From assembly GCA_030390025.1 (NCBI GenBank), contig CM059431.1, positions 97,466,001 through 97,530,000 on the forward strand: a stretch of 64,000 bases of DNA, written 5' to 3'. Each line of letters opens with the position of its first letter. Positions within the stretch are counted from its first letter, which is position 1. Source of the stretch: Squalus acanthias (taxonomy: Eukaryota). Of this stretch, positions 11,913 to 22,295 are shown piece by piece. A model generated the notes under the pieces. The model saw only the letters and a program-made list of their open reading frames with translations. It had not been told where the DNA came from and did no database searches. A program made the translations under genes and the position numbers.

Positions 11913-12489
11913 GGTCCACCAGCTGCCACATGCTCCAGCTGCAACACAACACCTGTCCTGCCATCTCTATTGTATTTTATTTAACTAATTAGGTTTTCAA
12001 GTTTTGAAATACTCAATTGTCTATTAATAGTTTTTAATCTAGGTAATAACCTTGTTTAATTTATTACAGTTAGTTATATGCTTTAGGTCTTTACTGTAAC
12101 TTAGCACACAGTCCTAATTTAACCCTAGTTGTTTATATTTTTTTAATGTATCAAGCAGCACCTCTTACCCCCACCTCACTGAATTCCCGAGATTAGTAGT
12201 CTGTAGAAGCAGGACTCCATAGAACTGGACTCCGTGCTACTTACCACCGTGCGTTAGCAAAAGTCTCTTTTATTTTATACCAGCAGAAATTCCAAAGCCC
12301 TGAGTCAGCCCCTGCTGACAGTAATTACCAGGTAGCCCGTTCTAGCTAGCCACCTCATTAACTGTGCAACTGCCACTAGCAGGCAGCTTGTTTACCGCTG
12401 TGAAAGAAACTACAGGTTAAGGTTAAAGTTAAGTTAAATGCCAAATATTAACTGCAAAACTTTACTAAATTTTAGAAAGAGATCAACTC
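11913..12489 (-). mobile_element. 5' UTR and ORF1 start of an older CR1 into which element A inserted
   Basis: From ATG at 11964 the minus strand reads MAGQVLCCSWSMWQLVD, homologous to CR1 ORF1 MAGQPSPVLCSSCSMWE at 16042. Confidence 0.6.
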
Positions 12490-15103
12490 TTAAAATTCCC
12501 TCAACCTCTCCTCGTATGTCCACCCCCTCATCCCCGGAATTAACCGAGTGAACCTTCTTTGTACTGCCTCGAGAGCAAGTATGTCTTTTCTTAAGTATGG
12601 ACACCAAAACTGTATGCAGTACTCCAGGTGCGGTCTCACCAATACTCTATACAACTGCAGCAATACCTCCCTGTTTTTATAATCTATCCCCCTAGCAATA
12701 AAAGCCAACATTCCATTGGCTTTCTTGATCACCTGCTGCACCTGCATACTAACTTTTTGATTTTCTTGCACCAAGACCCCCAGATCCCTTTGTACTGCAG
12801 TACTTTCCAGTTTCTCGCCATTAAGATAATAACTTGCTCTCTGATTTTTCCTGCCAAAGTGCATAACCTCACATTTTCCAATACTGTATTGCATCTGCCA
12901 AATCTCTGCCCACTCACCCAGCCTGTCTATATCCCCTTGTAGGTTTTTTATGTCCTCCTCACTCTCTACTTTCCCTCCCATCTTTGTATCATCTGCAAAC
13001 TTTGATATGTTACACTCGGTCCCCTCCTCCAAATCGTTAATATAGATTGTAAAGAGTTGGGGACCCAGCACCGACCCCTGCGGAACACCACTGGCTACTG
13101 GTTGCCAGTCCGAGAATGAACCATTTATCCCAACTCTCTGCTTCCTGTTAGATAACCAATCCTCCACCCATGCCAGAATATTACCCCCAATCCAGTGATT
13201 TTTTATCTTGAGTAATAATCTTTTATGTGACACCTTGTCGAATGCCTTCTGGAAGTCTAAATACACTATGTCCACTGGTTCCCCTTTATCCACCCTGTAC
13301 ATTATATCCTCAAAGAACTCGAGCAAATTTGTTAGACATGACTTCCCCTTCATAAAGCCATGCTGACTTTGTCCTATTAAATTATGTTTATCTAAATGTT
13401 CCGTTACTGTCTCCTTAATAATAGACTCCAAAATTTTACCCACCACAGATGTTAGGCTAACTGGTCTATAATTTCCAGCCTTCTGCCTACAACCCTTTTT
13501 AAATAAGGGTGTTACATTAGCAGTTTTCCAATCTGCCGGGACCTTTGCTGAGTTCAGGGAGTTTTGGAAAATTATTACCAAAGCATCCACAATTCCTACT
13601 GCCACTTCCCTCAAGACACTAGGATGTAAGCCATCAGGTCCAGGGGATTTATCCGCCTTGAGTCCCATTATTTTACTGAGTACCAATTCCTTAGTGATTT
13701 TAATCGTATTTAGCTCCTCCCCCACTAGAGCCCCCTGTTTGTCCAGTGTTGGGATATTCTTAGTGTCCTCTACCGTAAAGACTGAAACAAAATATTTGTT
13801 CAGCATTTTTGCCATCTCCATGTTTCCCACCATTAATTTCCCGGTCTCATCCTCTAAGGGACCTACGTTTGCCTTAACCACCCTTTTTCTTTTTATATAA
13901 CTATAGAAACTCTTGCTATCTGTTTTTATATTTTTTGCTAATTTATTTTCATAGTCTATTTTCCCTTTCTTAATCAATCCTTTAGTTACTTTTTGTTGTC
14001 TTTTGAAGACTTCCCAATCTTCTATCCTCCCACTAACTTTGGATACCTTATATGTCCTTGTTTTTAGTTGGATACTTTCTTTAATTTCTTTACTTAACCA
14101 TGGATGGCTGTCATTTCTTTTACACCCTTTTTTCCTCAGTGGAATATATTTATTTTGAAAGTTGTAAAATAACTCCTTGAATGAACACCACTGCTCATGT
14201 ACCGTCTTAACCTTTAATCTATTTTCCCAGTCCACTTTAATCAATTCTGCTCTCATGCCATCATAGTCTCCTTTATTCAAGCTCAGTATGCTTGTATGAG
14301 AACCAACCTTCTCACCCTCTAATTGGATATGGAATTCAACCATGTTATGGTCACTCATTCCAAGGGGATCCTTAACTAGGACATTATTAATTAATCCAGA
14401 CTCATTACACAGTACCAGGTCCAAGGTTGCTTGCCCCCTTGTAGGATCAGTTACATACTGCTCAAGAAATCCATCCCTAAGACACTCAATAAACTCTTCC
14501 TCAAGGCTGCCCTGCCCAATTTGATTTGTCCAGTTAATATGATAGTTAAAATCCCCCATAATTATAGCTGTTCCCTTATTACATGCCCCAACTATTTCCT
14601 GATTAATACTTCTTCCAACAGAGTTGCAACTATTAGGAGACCTATATACTACGCCCACCAGTGTTTTTTTCCCCTTATTATTCCTTATCTCTACCCAAAC
14701 TGTTTCATTATCCTGATCTTTTGACCCAATATCATTTCTCTGTATTACAGTGATTCCTTCCTTTATTAACATAGCCACCTCCCCCCCCTCCCCTTCCTTC
14801 CTGCCTGTCCTTCCTGATTGTTAAATACCCTGGCATATTTAATTCCCAGACGTTGTCACCCTGCAGCCATGTTTCTGTAATGGCCACAAGATCATATCCA
14901 TACATAGTTATTTGTGCCGTTAACTCATCAATTTTGTTACGAATGCTACGTGCATTCAGATAAAGAACGTTCAAATGTGTTTTGCGACACTTACTTCCTG
15001 CTTTTTCCTTATTTAACACTTTACCTTTTACTCCATACCTTCTGTCCCTTCCTGACATGCTTTCCTCTGTCTCCCTGCTCAGGTTCCCAACCCCCTGCCA
15101 CAT
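12490..15103 (-). pseudogene. CR1 ORF2 (APE endonuclease and RT), one frameshift near 14780
   Basis: [44 protein letters not shown] and FADD; 762 aa remain open. Confidence 0.93.
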
Positions 15104-16042
15104 TAGTTTAAATCCTCCCCAACAGCACTAGCAAACACTCCCCCTAGGACAGCGGTCCCAGCCCTGCCCAGGTGCAGACCGTCCGGTTTGTACTGGTCCC
15201 ACCTCCCCCAGAACCGGTTCCAATGTCCCAGGAATTTGAATCCCTCCCCCTTGCACCATTCCTCTAGCCACGTAGTCATTTGAAATATCCTCCTATTTCT
15301 ACTCTGACTAGCACGTGGCACTGGTAGCAATCCTGAGATTACTACCTTTGAGGTCCTATTTTTTAATTTACCTCCTAACTCCCTATATTCTGCTTTTAGG
15401 ACCTCATCCCCTTTTTTACCTATATCGTTGGTGCCTATGTGCACCACGACAGCTGGCTGTTCGCCCTCCCCCTCCAAAATGTTCTGTAGCCGCTCCGAGA
15501 CGTCCTTGACCCTTGCACCAGGGAGGCAACACACCATCCTGGAGTCTCGGTTGCGGCCGCAGAAACGCCTACCTATTCCCCTTACAATTGAGTCCCCTAT
15601 CACTATAGCTCTTCCACTCTTTTTCCTCCCAGCCTGTGCAGCAGAGCCGCCCATGGTGCCAGGAAGTTGGCTGCTGCTGCCTTCCCCTAAGTCATCCCCC
15701 CCAACAGTATCCAAAGCGGTATATCTGTTTGAGAGGGGGATGGCCACAGGGGACCCCTGCACTACCTGCCTGCACCTCCTACTCTACCTGGTGGTCACCC
15801 ATTCCCTGTACACCCTTCACCTGCGGTGTGACCAACTCACTAAACGTGCTATCCACGAGGTTCTCAGCATCGCGAGTGCTCCAATATGCATCCAGCCGCA
15901 GCTCCAGCGCCGCAATGCAGGCTGTCAGTAGCTGCAGCTGGATACACGTCCCGCACACATGGTCGTCAGGGACACCGGAAGGGTCCCTGATTTCCCACAT
16001 AGAGCAGGAGGAGCACAACACGGGGCTGGGCTGTCCTGCCAT
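15103..16042 (-). pseudogene. CR1 ORF1 (zinc finger/leucine zipper plus SGNH esterase), frameshift near 15770
   Basis: CSSC...CGTC followed by a heptad segment; GDS, GTND and DGLH esterase blocks. Confidence 0.9.
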
Positions 16043-16327
16043 GACTTACCCTTTAATTAATTGAACTTTAATTAAATCAAATCAATACCACCAATTTCAC
16101 TCAATTAAATGAATTACTCAAGGGCCCTTGGTTACTAGCACTAGAAATTATAATCACAAAATTAAGATCTTCGAAACTTTATAAACTATGAACCTTAACT
16201 ATCAAACTATAAAGTAGTATAAATACTAACCTGCCGTACTCACCCAATCAGCCGCTCCCTCCAGCCCACGTCACGTTTTGAATCGTAACGTGGCTCTGGA
16301 ACGCTGCCGCCGGTCTGAGATTGGTAA

Positions 16328-16679
16328 ACCTCTGCAAACAAAAGCCCGCGAAAGTGAGTTTAGATACTCACCGGGCCTCGGCTCTCTCCGCCCCCGACAC
16401 CAGCCTCTGTAAACAAAAGCCCGCGAAAGTGAGTTTAGATACTCACCGGGCCTCGGCTCTCTCTGCTCCCGACAGCAGCCTCTGCAAACAAAAGCCCGCG
16501 AAAGTGAGTTTAGATACTCACCGGGCCTCGGCTCTCTCCGCCCCCGACACCAGCCTCTGTAAACAAAAGCCCGCGAAAGTGAGTTTAGATACTCACCGGG
16601 CCTCGGCTCTCTCTGCTCCCGACAGCAGCCTCTGCAAACAAAAGCCCGCGAAAGTGAGTTTAGATACTCACTGGGCCTC
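16328..16679. repeat. 75-bp tandem repeat (about 4.7 units, alternating A/B variants) in the CR1 5' UTR
   Basis: AAAGCCCGCG recurs at 16341, 16416, 16491, 16566 and 16641. Confidence 0.95.
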
Positions 16680-16749
16680 CTGATATACACTCACCCCCTT
16701 TAGGTTAGAGGAGGTGGAAGGGTGTTGTGCGACTTCTCACATTGGAAGA

Positions 16750-17620
16750 TTAATACCAGTGCATCCACTGTCTCTGCAGCTACCTCTTTTAAAACCCTAG
16801 GATGCAGGTCGTCAGGTCCAGGGGATTTGTCGCCAATTTGTCCCATTAATTTCTCCAGTACTATGGGCTGGATTTTCATTGACCCGTGGAGGTGGGTTTG
16901 GAGGCGTGTGGGGGGTTAAAATTGTGAAAACTGGCAGGCGGGCAGAAGCCCGCCTCAATCCCGCCTCCATGCAATTTTCATTAAATCGTGTCTGCTGGTC
17001 CCGACTCCATCCCGCCTCTTAGAGGTGGGATAGGCTGTTAAGGCCCTTAACAAGCACTAAATTGCCTCTATAATGCCATTTTGAAAGGCCTTTGTGATTT
17101 TAACCCTTTTTCTCGTGAAGCACGCCTGTTAAACCTGACGGCAGCATATTTTGATGACTGACTGACTGTACATGGATGCATATATGGATGGATGGGGAGG
17201 AGACATATCTGGGAGTGGTGGTGTAAAAATATCTGGGAGCAGACTTAGGGCTGCTGCTCATTTTGCATCCAGGTCCTCTCACAGCAAAGGCCAGGCAGTC
17301 TCTGACCTTCAATGCAGCAGCAATGATGACATCATCAGAGGCGACTTTCAGACTGAAAACACTAATTGGGTCATGGGTTCCCACATGCTGGACCTCAATT
17401 GCCCAATTAGGTGAAAATTGTATCAATCTCCCACATCCAATTGCAGTCGGGTGGATAACATGGAAAGTGGATGACACGACCCCAACCCGCCCCAGTATCA
17501 AAATCCAGTCCAAAGTCTTTACTTTTACTGATTTCTTTAAGTTCCTCATTCTCTCTAGACCCTTGGTTCCCCATTATTTCCAGAATGTTTTTGTCTCTTC
17601 TACCATGAAGACAGATACAA
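16750..17620 (-). mobile_element. Old CR1 ORF2 fragment split by a MITE
   Basis: 16750-16864 and 17512-17620 match the CR1 DKSPGPD region seen at 25100-25320. Confidence 0.7.
16865..17511. mobile_element. Harbinger-type MITE
   Basis: Termini GGGCTGGATTTT / AAAATCCAGTCC; TSD not clear. Confidence 0.7.
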
Positions 17621-17621
17621 T

Positions 17622-17894
17622 GGGCTGGATTTTGATACTGGGGCGGGTTGGGGTCATGTCATCCACTTTTCGTGTTATCCACCCGCCTCAATTGGATGTG
17701 GGAGATTGATGCAATTTTCACCTAATTGGGCAATTGAGTTCCAGCATGTGGGAACCCATGAACCAATTAGTGTTTTCAGTCTGAAAGTCGCCTCTGATGA
17801 TGTCATCATTGCTGCTGCATTGAAGTCAATTTCAAAGGTGGAATGACGGCAAAGGCTGCCAGTTCGTTCTGATCCCAACTGCAAATCCTGGGCC
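17622..17894. mobile_element. Short Harbinger-type MITE, an inverted copy of the right end of 16865-17511
   Basis: Starts GGGCTGGATTTTG and ends CCTGGGCC. 17622-17825 is the reverse complement of about 17307-17511. Confidence 0.7.
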
Positions 17895-17956
17895 ATTACG
17901 TTTAATTAAAATGATCATTTATTATTTTTACACTTCAAGCCGTCACATTCCAGTAG

Positions 17957-19457
17957 TGTACAACTCACTCGCAGCTTGGGTGTGCACGGTGTTGGGTTTG
18001 GCCGGTGCCAACATCAATGGGTGCATGTGCCTCAAGGATTTTTGGACTTTTAAAATGGAGACGCACGTGGGCTGCGTTTTAAAAATGGAGTTTGGACTTT
18101 TGGACTTTAAAAGGGACTGCCTGTTGGTTTCTGTGAAGATAGCAGGATTTGTCTGTCTTTTGGGTTGTCATGGGACCTGTCTCAACGCTGACGTCATGAA
18201 AGGCCTTTTCATATTCGAACTTGTGTGATTTGGGGAAAACCACCTTTTGTCCATGGAGCCAGGATGGCTGGATGGACAATGAGGTTTGCAGGCCAAAAGT
18301 AACACCTCTGGACTCTTTCAATGAAGGAGCAGTCAAGAACTTAACAAACAGTTAGCAATTCGAGAACTGCTCATCTACAGTAATGGCCTACCATTGTTTT
18401 CTTCAAGATAACCAATTCAGGACAAAGACAGCACCAGGAAGGCCAACTAGCATCTCTGCGACCATGGTAACCAGGAATCGCCAAGCAAGTTTTGTGTATT
18501 GCAGGGGGTATAAACATGCTGAACTTTGGGGATGCAGGGCTTGCTTGCTTTCCCTCTACCATCTGGGACGGGGGTTCTCCGCGTAACTACGTGTCCGTCA
18601 ACTCTCCAGGAATGCCCGAAGTGAGCGCCTCGCCGTACCGCCTGAACGTAACTCTCCAGGCCTCATCGCATGCCTCTGTTAGGCACGGTTTTGTCTCTGG
18701 AGTCGAACGGAGCCGGGACCGCATGAATCAACGACAAGGGCTGGTAATTATATCCAGCATACACCTTTAGAAATCCCCAGGACTGCCTGCGTGTTTTGCT
18801 GCTGAGGAACTGCAAGTGTCCAAGACGCAGGCTAACACGGGTGTGTGTGTGAGGAGGCTTCCAAGTGTGGGTTCTGACCAAACCGGGAGAGGGGTTTAGT
18901 TAGAAGGGTTTTTCCATTATCTAGGCTTAGATTCTGGGAAGGGGTTGGTTCGGCATAACCAACAGGGTGGGTATTTTAGTCTAAGATTATAAGCTAGTGT
19001 CCATGGTCACCTACTCGTTCCGCCGTAAGTGAAAGGAGTAGGGATTGTCGTTTTTGTGAGTGTAATAAAAGGAATCGATCTTTGACCAACCTGAACCGTT
19101 TTGTTTTGTCTGAGTCAATTATAATCTATCCATAGTAACTCCTTGGGTCCGAACTTGGGGGTTGTGGGGCTTGTGGTTCGCGGTATAATTCGGAAGACCA
19201 ACCGGGTGGCATCCGGTCACGGCCGGGTTACACAGTAATCCCGCTGGGGACGCTGCGCATCGGGCATAGGAGAAGACCTATCTGGCCTTGGTCTCTCTCT
19301 CTGTGTGGGATTACCCGCTAATCGACGGGCTGGGCAGGGACTATTGGCAAAAGCTCCTGCCGTCCAAGGGAAACAACCCAAACCGGGGAGTTTTTGTGGC
19401 ACGGGTCGACTCAAGGGAGAGTCATAGAAACACGGGGCTCACAAAAACACCCTACAA
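17957..19457 (+). mobile_element. Probable solo LTR (about 1.5 kb)
   Basis: Starts TGTA and ends near CCCTACAAC, with TATAAA near 18508 and AATAAA near 19064. No recognisable coding content; TSD ambiguous. Confidence 0.5.
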
Positions 19458-19469
19458 CGGGTAGTTATT

Positions 19470-19586
19470 ACATAGAAACATAGAAACTAGGAGCAGGAGT
19501 AGGCCATTCGGCCCGTCGAGCCTGCTCCACCATTCAATACGATCATGGCTGATCATCCAAATCCAGTACCCTGTCCCTGCTTTCTC
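19470..19586 (-). mobile_element. CR1 3' tail
   Basis: (ACATAGAA)n followed by GGAGCAGGAGTAGGCCATTCGGCCC. Confidence 0.8.
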
Positions 19587-19910
19587 ACACAGAATCCCCA
19601 TCGAGCCTGCACCGACACATATCCCACCCTATCCCCGTAACCCCACGTATTTAATTCCCCCTAACATATCCCATCCTATCCCTGTAACCCCACATATTTA
19701 ATCCCCCCCTAACACTAAGGGTCAATTTATCATAGCCAAATCAACCTAACCCGCACATTTTTGGACTGTGGGAGGAAACCGGAGCACCCGGAGGAAACCC
19801 ACGCAGACACGGGGAGAATGTGCAAACTCCACACAGACAGTCACCCAAGGCCAGATTCGAACCCGGGTCCCTGGCGCTGTGAGTCACCAGTGCTAACCAC
19901 TATGCCACCG
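19587..19910 (-). mobile_element. HE1-like V-SINE
   Basis: tRNA-derived head (CGGTGGCATAGTGGTTAGCAC ... GGTTCGAATC on minus) and V-domain GTGTGGAGTTTGCACATTCTCCCCGTGTCTGCGTGGGTTTCCTCCGGGTGCTCCGG. Confidence 0.88.
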
Positions 19911-20139
19911 TATTGCCAGCAGTGATGCGATTGGACGAAATGTTAACCCTAATCCTAGTCCACTCCCACTCCACTCTGCACAGTTTTAAGAGCCAGTAAC
20001 CTGGTTATTTTGGCTTACAACAGCTGGCTGAGGAATTTGATAAAATGGTCGTACAACAGCATCACTCCCACCCCTGGCAGTGCTCGAACATTTGGCTTCT
20101 CCAACATTGTTTACAAACACTAGGCAGCGCCTATTTTTC

Positions 20140-20522
20140 CCACTCATTCTCAGGATGTGGCTGTCGCTGGCAAGGCCGGCATTTATTGCCCATCCCTAGT
20201 TGCCCTGAAACGGTGATGGTGGACCTTCTTCTTAAACTGCTGTAGCAGTTTTGTACAATTGAGTGACTCGCTGGGCCACTTCAGAGGGTGGTTAAGAGTC
20301 AACCATGTTGGTGTGGGACTGGAGTCACATATAGGCCCAGACCGGGTAAGGACGGCAGGTTTCCTTCCCTAAAGGACATTCGTGAACCAGTTGGGTTTTT
20401 ATGACGATCCGACAGCTTCACAATCACTGAGACCAGCTTTTTATTTCCAGAATTTTAAAACTGTATTCAAACTCACGTTCTGTAGATTATTAGTCCAGTA
20501 ACAGAAGCACTACACTACCGTA
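20140..20522 (-). mobile_element. tRNA-headed SINE-like repeat sharing its 3' tail with the second LINE family
   Basis: Same body as 42055-42372, 51413-51700 and 53272-53675; tail GGGATGGGCAATAAATGCCGGCCTTGCCAGCGAC. Confidence 0.7.
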
Positions 20523-20674
20523 CACTTATACAAATATCGCTGGCAATAAAATGTTGATCCGAAGGAAAAACTATTCATCTCCTGAGCTGACATAACAACA
20601 GCCACTACACTTCAAACTGAATTCAACGCTGCCAGCCCTAGTTAGCTACAGGGCGTTAAGAGTCAACCACACTG

Positions 20675-21575
20675 TCTGTCCTGTTCTTGTAGCCAAGGTG
20701 TTGATGTGACTGGTTCAGGTAAATTTCTGGTCAATGGTGTCCCCCAAGATGTTGATGGTGGGGGACTCGGCGATGGGGGTGCCATTGAAGATCAAGGGAG
20801 TTGTCTGGGCTGTGTCTTGTTGGAGATCGTCATTACCTGGCATTTATGTCCCACTCTAGGCTGACACTCCAGTGCAGTGCTGAGGGAGTGCTGCACTGTC
20901 GGAGGTGCCGTCTTTCGGATGAGACGTTAAACCGAGGCCCCGTCTGCCCTCTCAGGTGGATGTAAAAGATCCCAAGGCACTATTTCGAAGAAGAGCAGGG
21001 GAGTTCTCTCCGATGTCCTGGCCAATATTTATCCCTCAATCCACATAACAAAAACAGATTACCTGGTCATTATCACATTGCTGTTTGTGGGAGCTTGCTG
21101 TGCGCAAATTGGCTGCCGAGTTTCCTACATTACAACAGTGACTGCACTCCAAAAGTACTTCATTGGCTGTAAAGCGTTTTGAGACGTCCGGTGTTCATGA
21201 AAGGCGCTATAGAAATGCAAGACTTTCTTTCTTTCATTGTATGTGGCACAAATGTTACCTGCCATTTGCCAGCCCAAGCCTGGCTGTCATCCAGGTTGTG
21301 CTGTAGACTGGCACGGGCTGATTCATTATTGGAGCTGAACACTGGAATCATCAGTGAACAGCCTGACTCTTCACCTTGTGGCAGAGGATAGGTCATTGAT
21401 GAATTTGATTGAGCCAAGGATGCTTCTCTGAGGAGCTCCTGCAGCATTGTCCTGGGGCTGCAATAATTGGCCTCCAATAATCACAACCATGTTGCTTTGT
21501 GTTAAGTATGGATCCAGCCTCTGGTGGGTTTTCCCAGTGACTCCCGTTGAACTCAGTTTGGGTTAAATGTTGCAC
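20675..21575 (-). mobile_element. CR1/L2-group LINE RT fragment (second family), split by a DeuSINE
   Basis: QAWAGKWQVTFVPH; homologous to 35940-36470. Confidence 0.75.
20856..21236 (+). mobile_element. SacSINE1-like DeuSINE (headless)
   Basis: GTCTTTCGGATGAGACGTTAAACCGAGGCCCCGTCTGCCC...GTAAAAGATCCC...GAAGAAGAGCAGGG Deu-domain-like core and a CTTT tail. Confidence 0.8.
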
Positions 21576-21669
21576 TAATGATTAGCTAAGAAATAAGCCC
21601 ATTTCAGAAACAAAGGAGAGAGCTGAATTAGGGCCATTTCAGCATGAGTAGGATGTTCTGCTGGTGCTG

Positions 21670-22080
21670 TGACCAACCAACACCACCACCACCAACCAAC
21701 CAACCCCCCTGACCTCCCCAACCAAACCCTCCCCCCAACCAACACCCCCACCTCCCCAACCAAACCCTCCCCCCAACCAACCCCCTCCCCTGAACCAACC
21801 CCCTCCCCTGAACCAACCCCCTCCCCTGAACCAACCCCCTCCCCTGAACCAACCCCCTCCCCTGAACCAACCCCCTCCCCTGAACCAACCCCCTCCCCTG
21901 AACCAACCCCCTCCCCTGAACCAACCCCCTCCCCTGAACCAACCCCCTCCCCTGAACCAACCCCCTCCCCTGAACCAACCCCCTCCCCTGAACCAACCCC
22001 CTCCCCTGAACCAACTCCCTCCCCCTGAACCAACCCCCTCCCCCCAACCAACCCCCTACCCCACCCCAAACCAACCCCAT
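21670..22080. repeat. 18-bp C-rich minisatellite (CCCCTCCCCTGAACCAAC)n with degenerate flanks
   Basis: About 14 near-perfect units over 21781-22040. Confidence 0.95.
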
Positions 22081-22295
22081 CAAAAACTGAGTAACTGGTC
22101 ATTCATCTTTTCACTATTTAAGAAACGTTTTGTGTGCAAACTGGCTGCTGCATTTGCTTACAGCAGAGACTGCTCCTTAAAAGTAATCTATTGATTTCAA
22201 GGTTATATGGGACACCCTAATATTGTGATTTTCTGCGATAATTATTTTAATAAAATACAATGCTTGTATTTCTATGGTGCTTCTCACTAGGGGTT

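Larger units (their letters stand above)
12490..16700 (-). mobile_element. Near full-length CR1 LINE (5' UTR, ORF1, ORF2), 3' end missing
   Basis: ORF1 zinc-finger/zipper plus esterase, ORF2 endonuclease plus RT, and a tandem-repeat 5' UTR. The sequence stops at EERLREF with no 3' tail. Confidence 0.95.

Noticed and set aside
15103..15762. Host or bacterial SGNH esterase gene
   Set aside because: It is the known esterase domain of CR1 ORF1, in its expected position before ORF2.
16328..16679. CRISPR-like array
   Set aside because: Units are contiguous tandem repeats with no unique spacers, and the context is a vertebrate LINE 5' UTR.
19850..19910. tRNA gene (also near 38700-38767 and 63800-63870)
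   Set aside because: These are tRNA-derived SINE heads continuous with SINE bodies; I see no complete cloverleaf.
21575..22102. Gly-rich or (PEPTPS)n repeat proteins
   Set aside because: These are translations of an 18-bp minisatellite, open on both strands.
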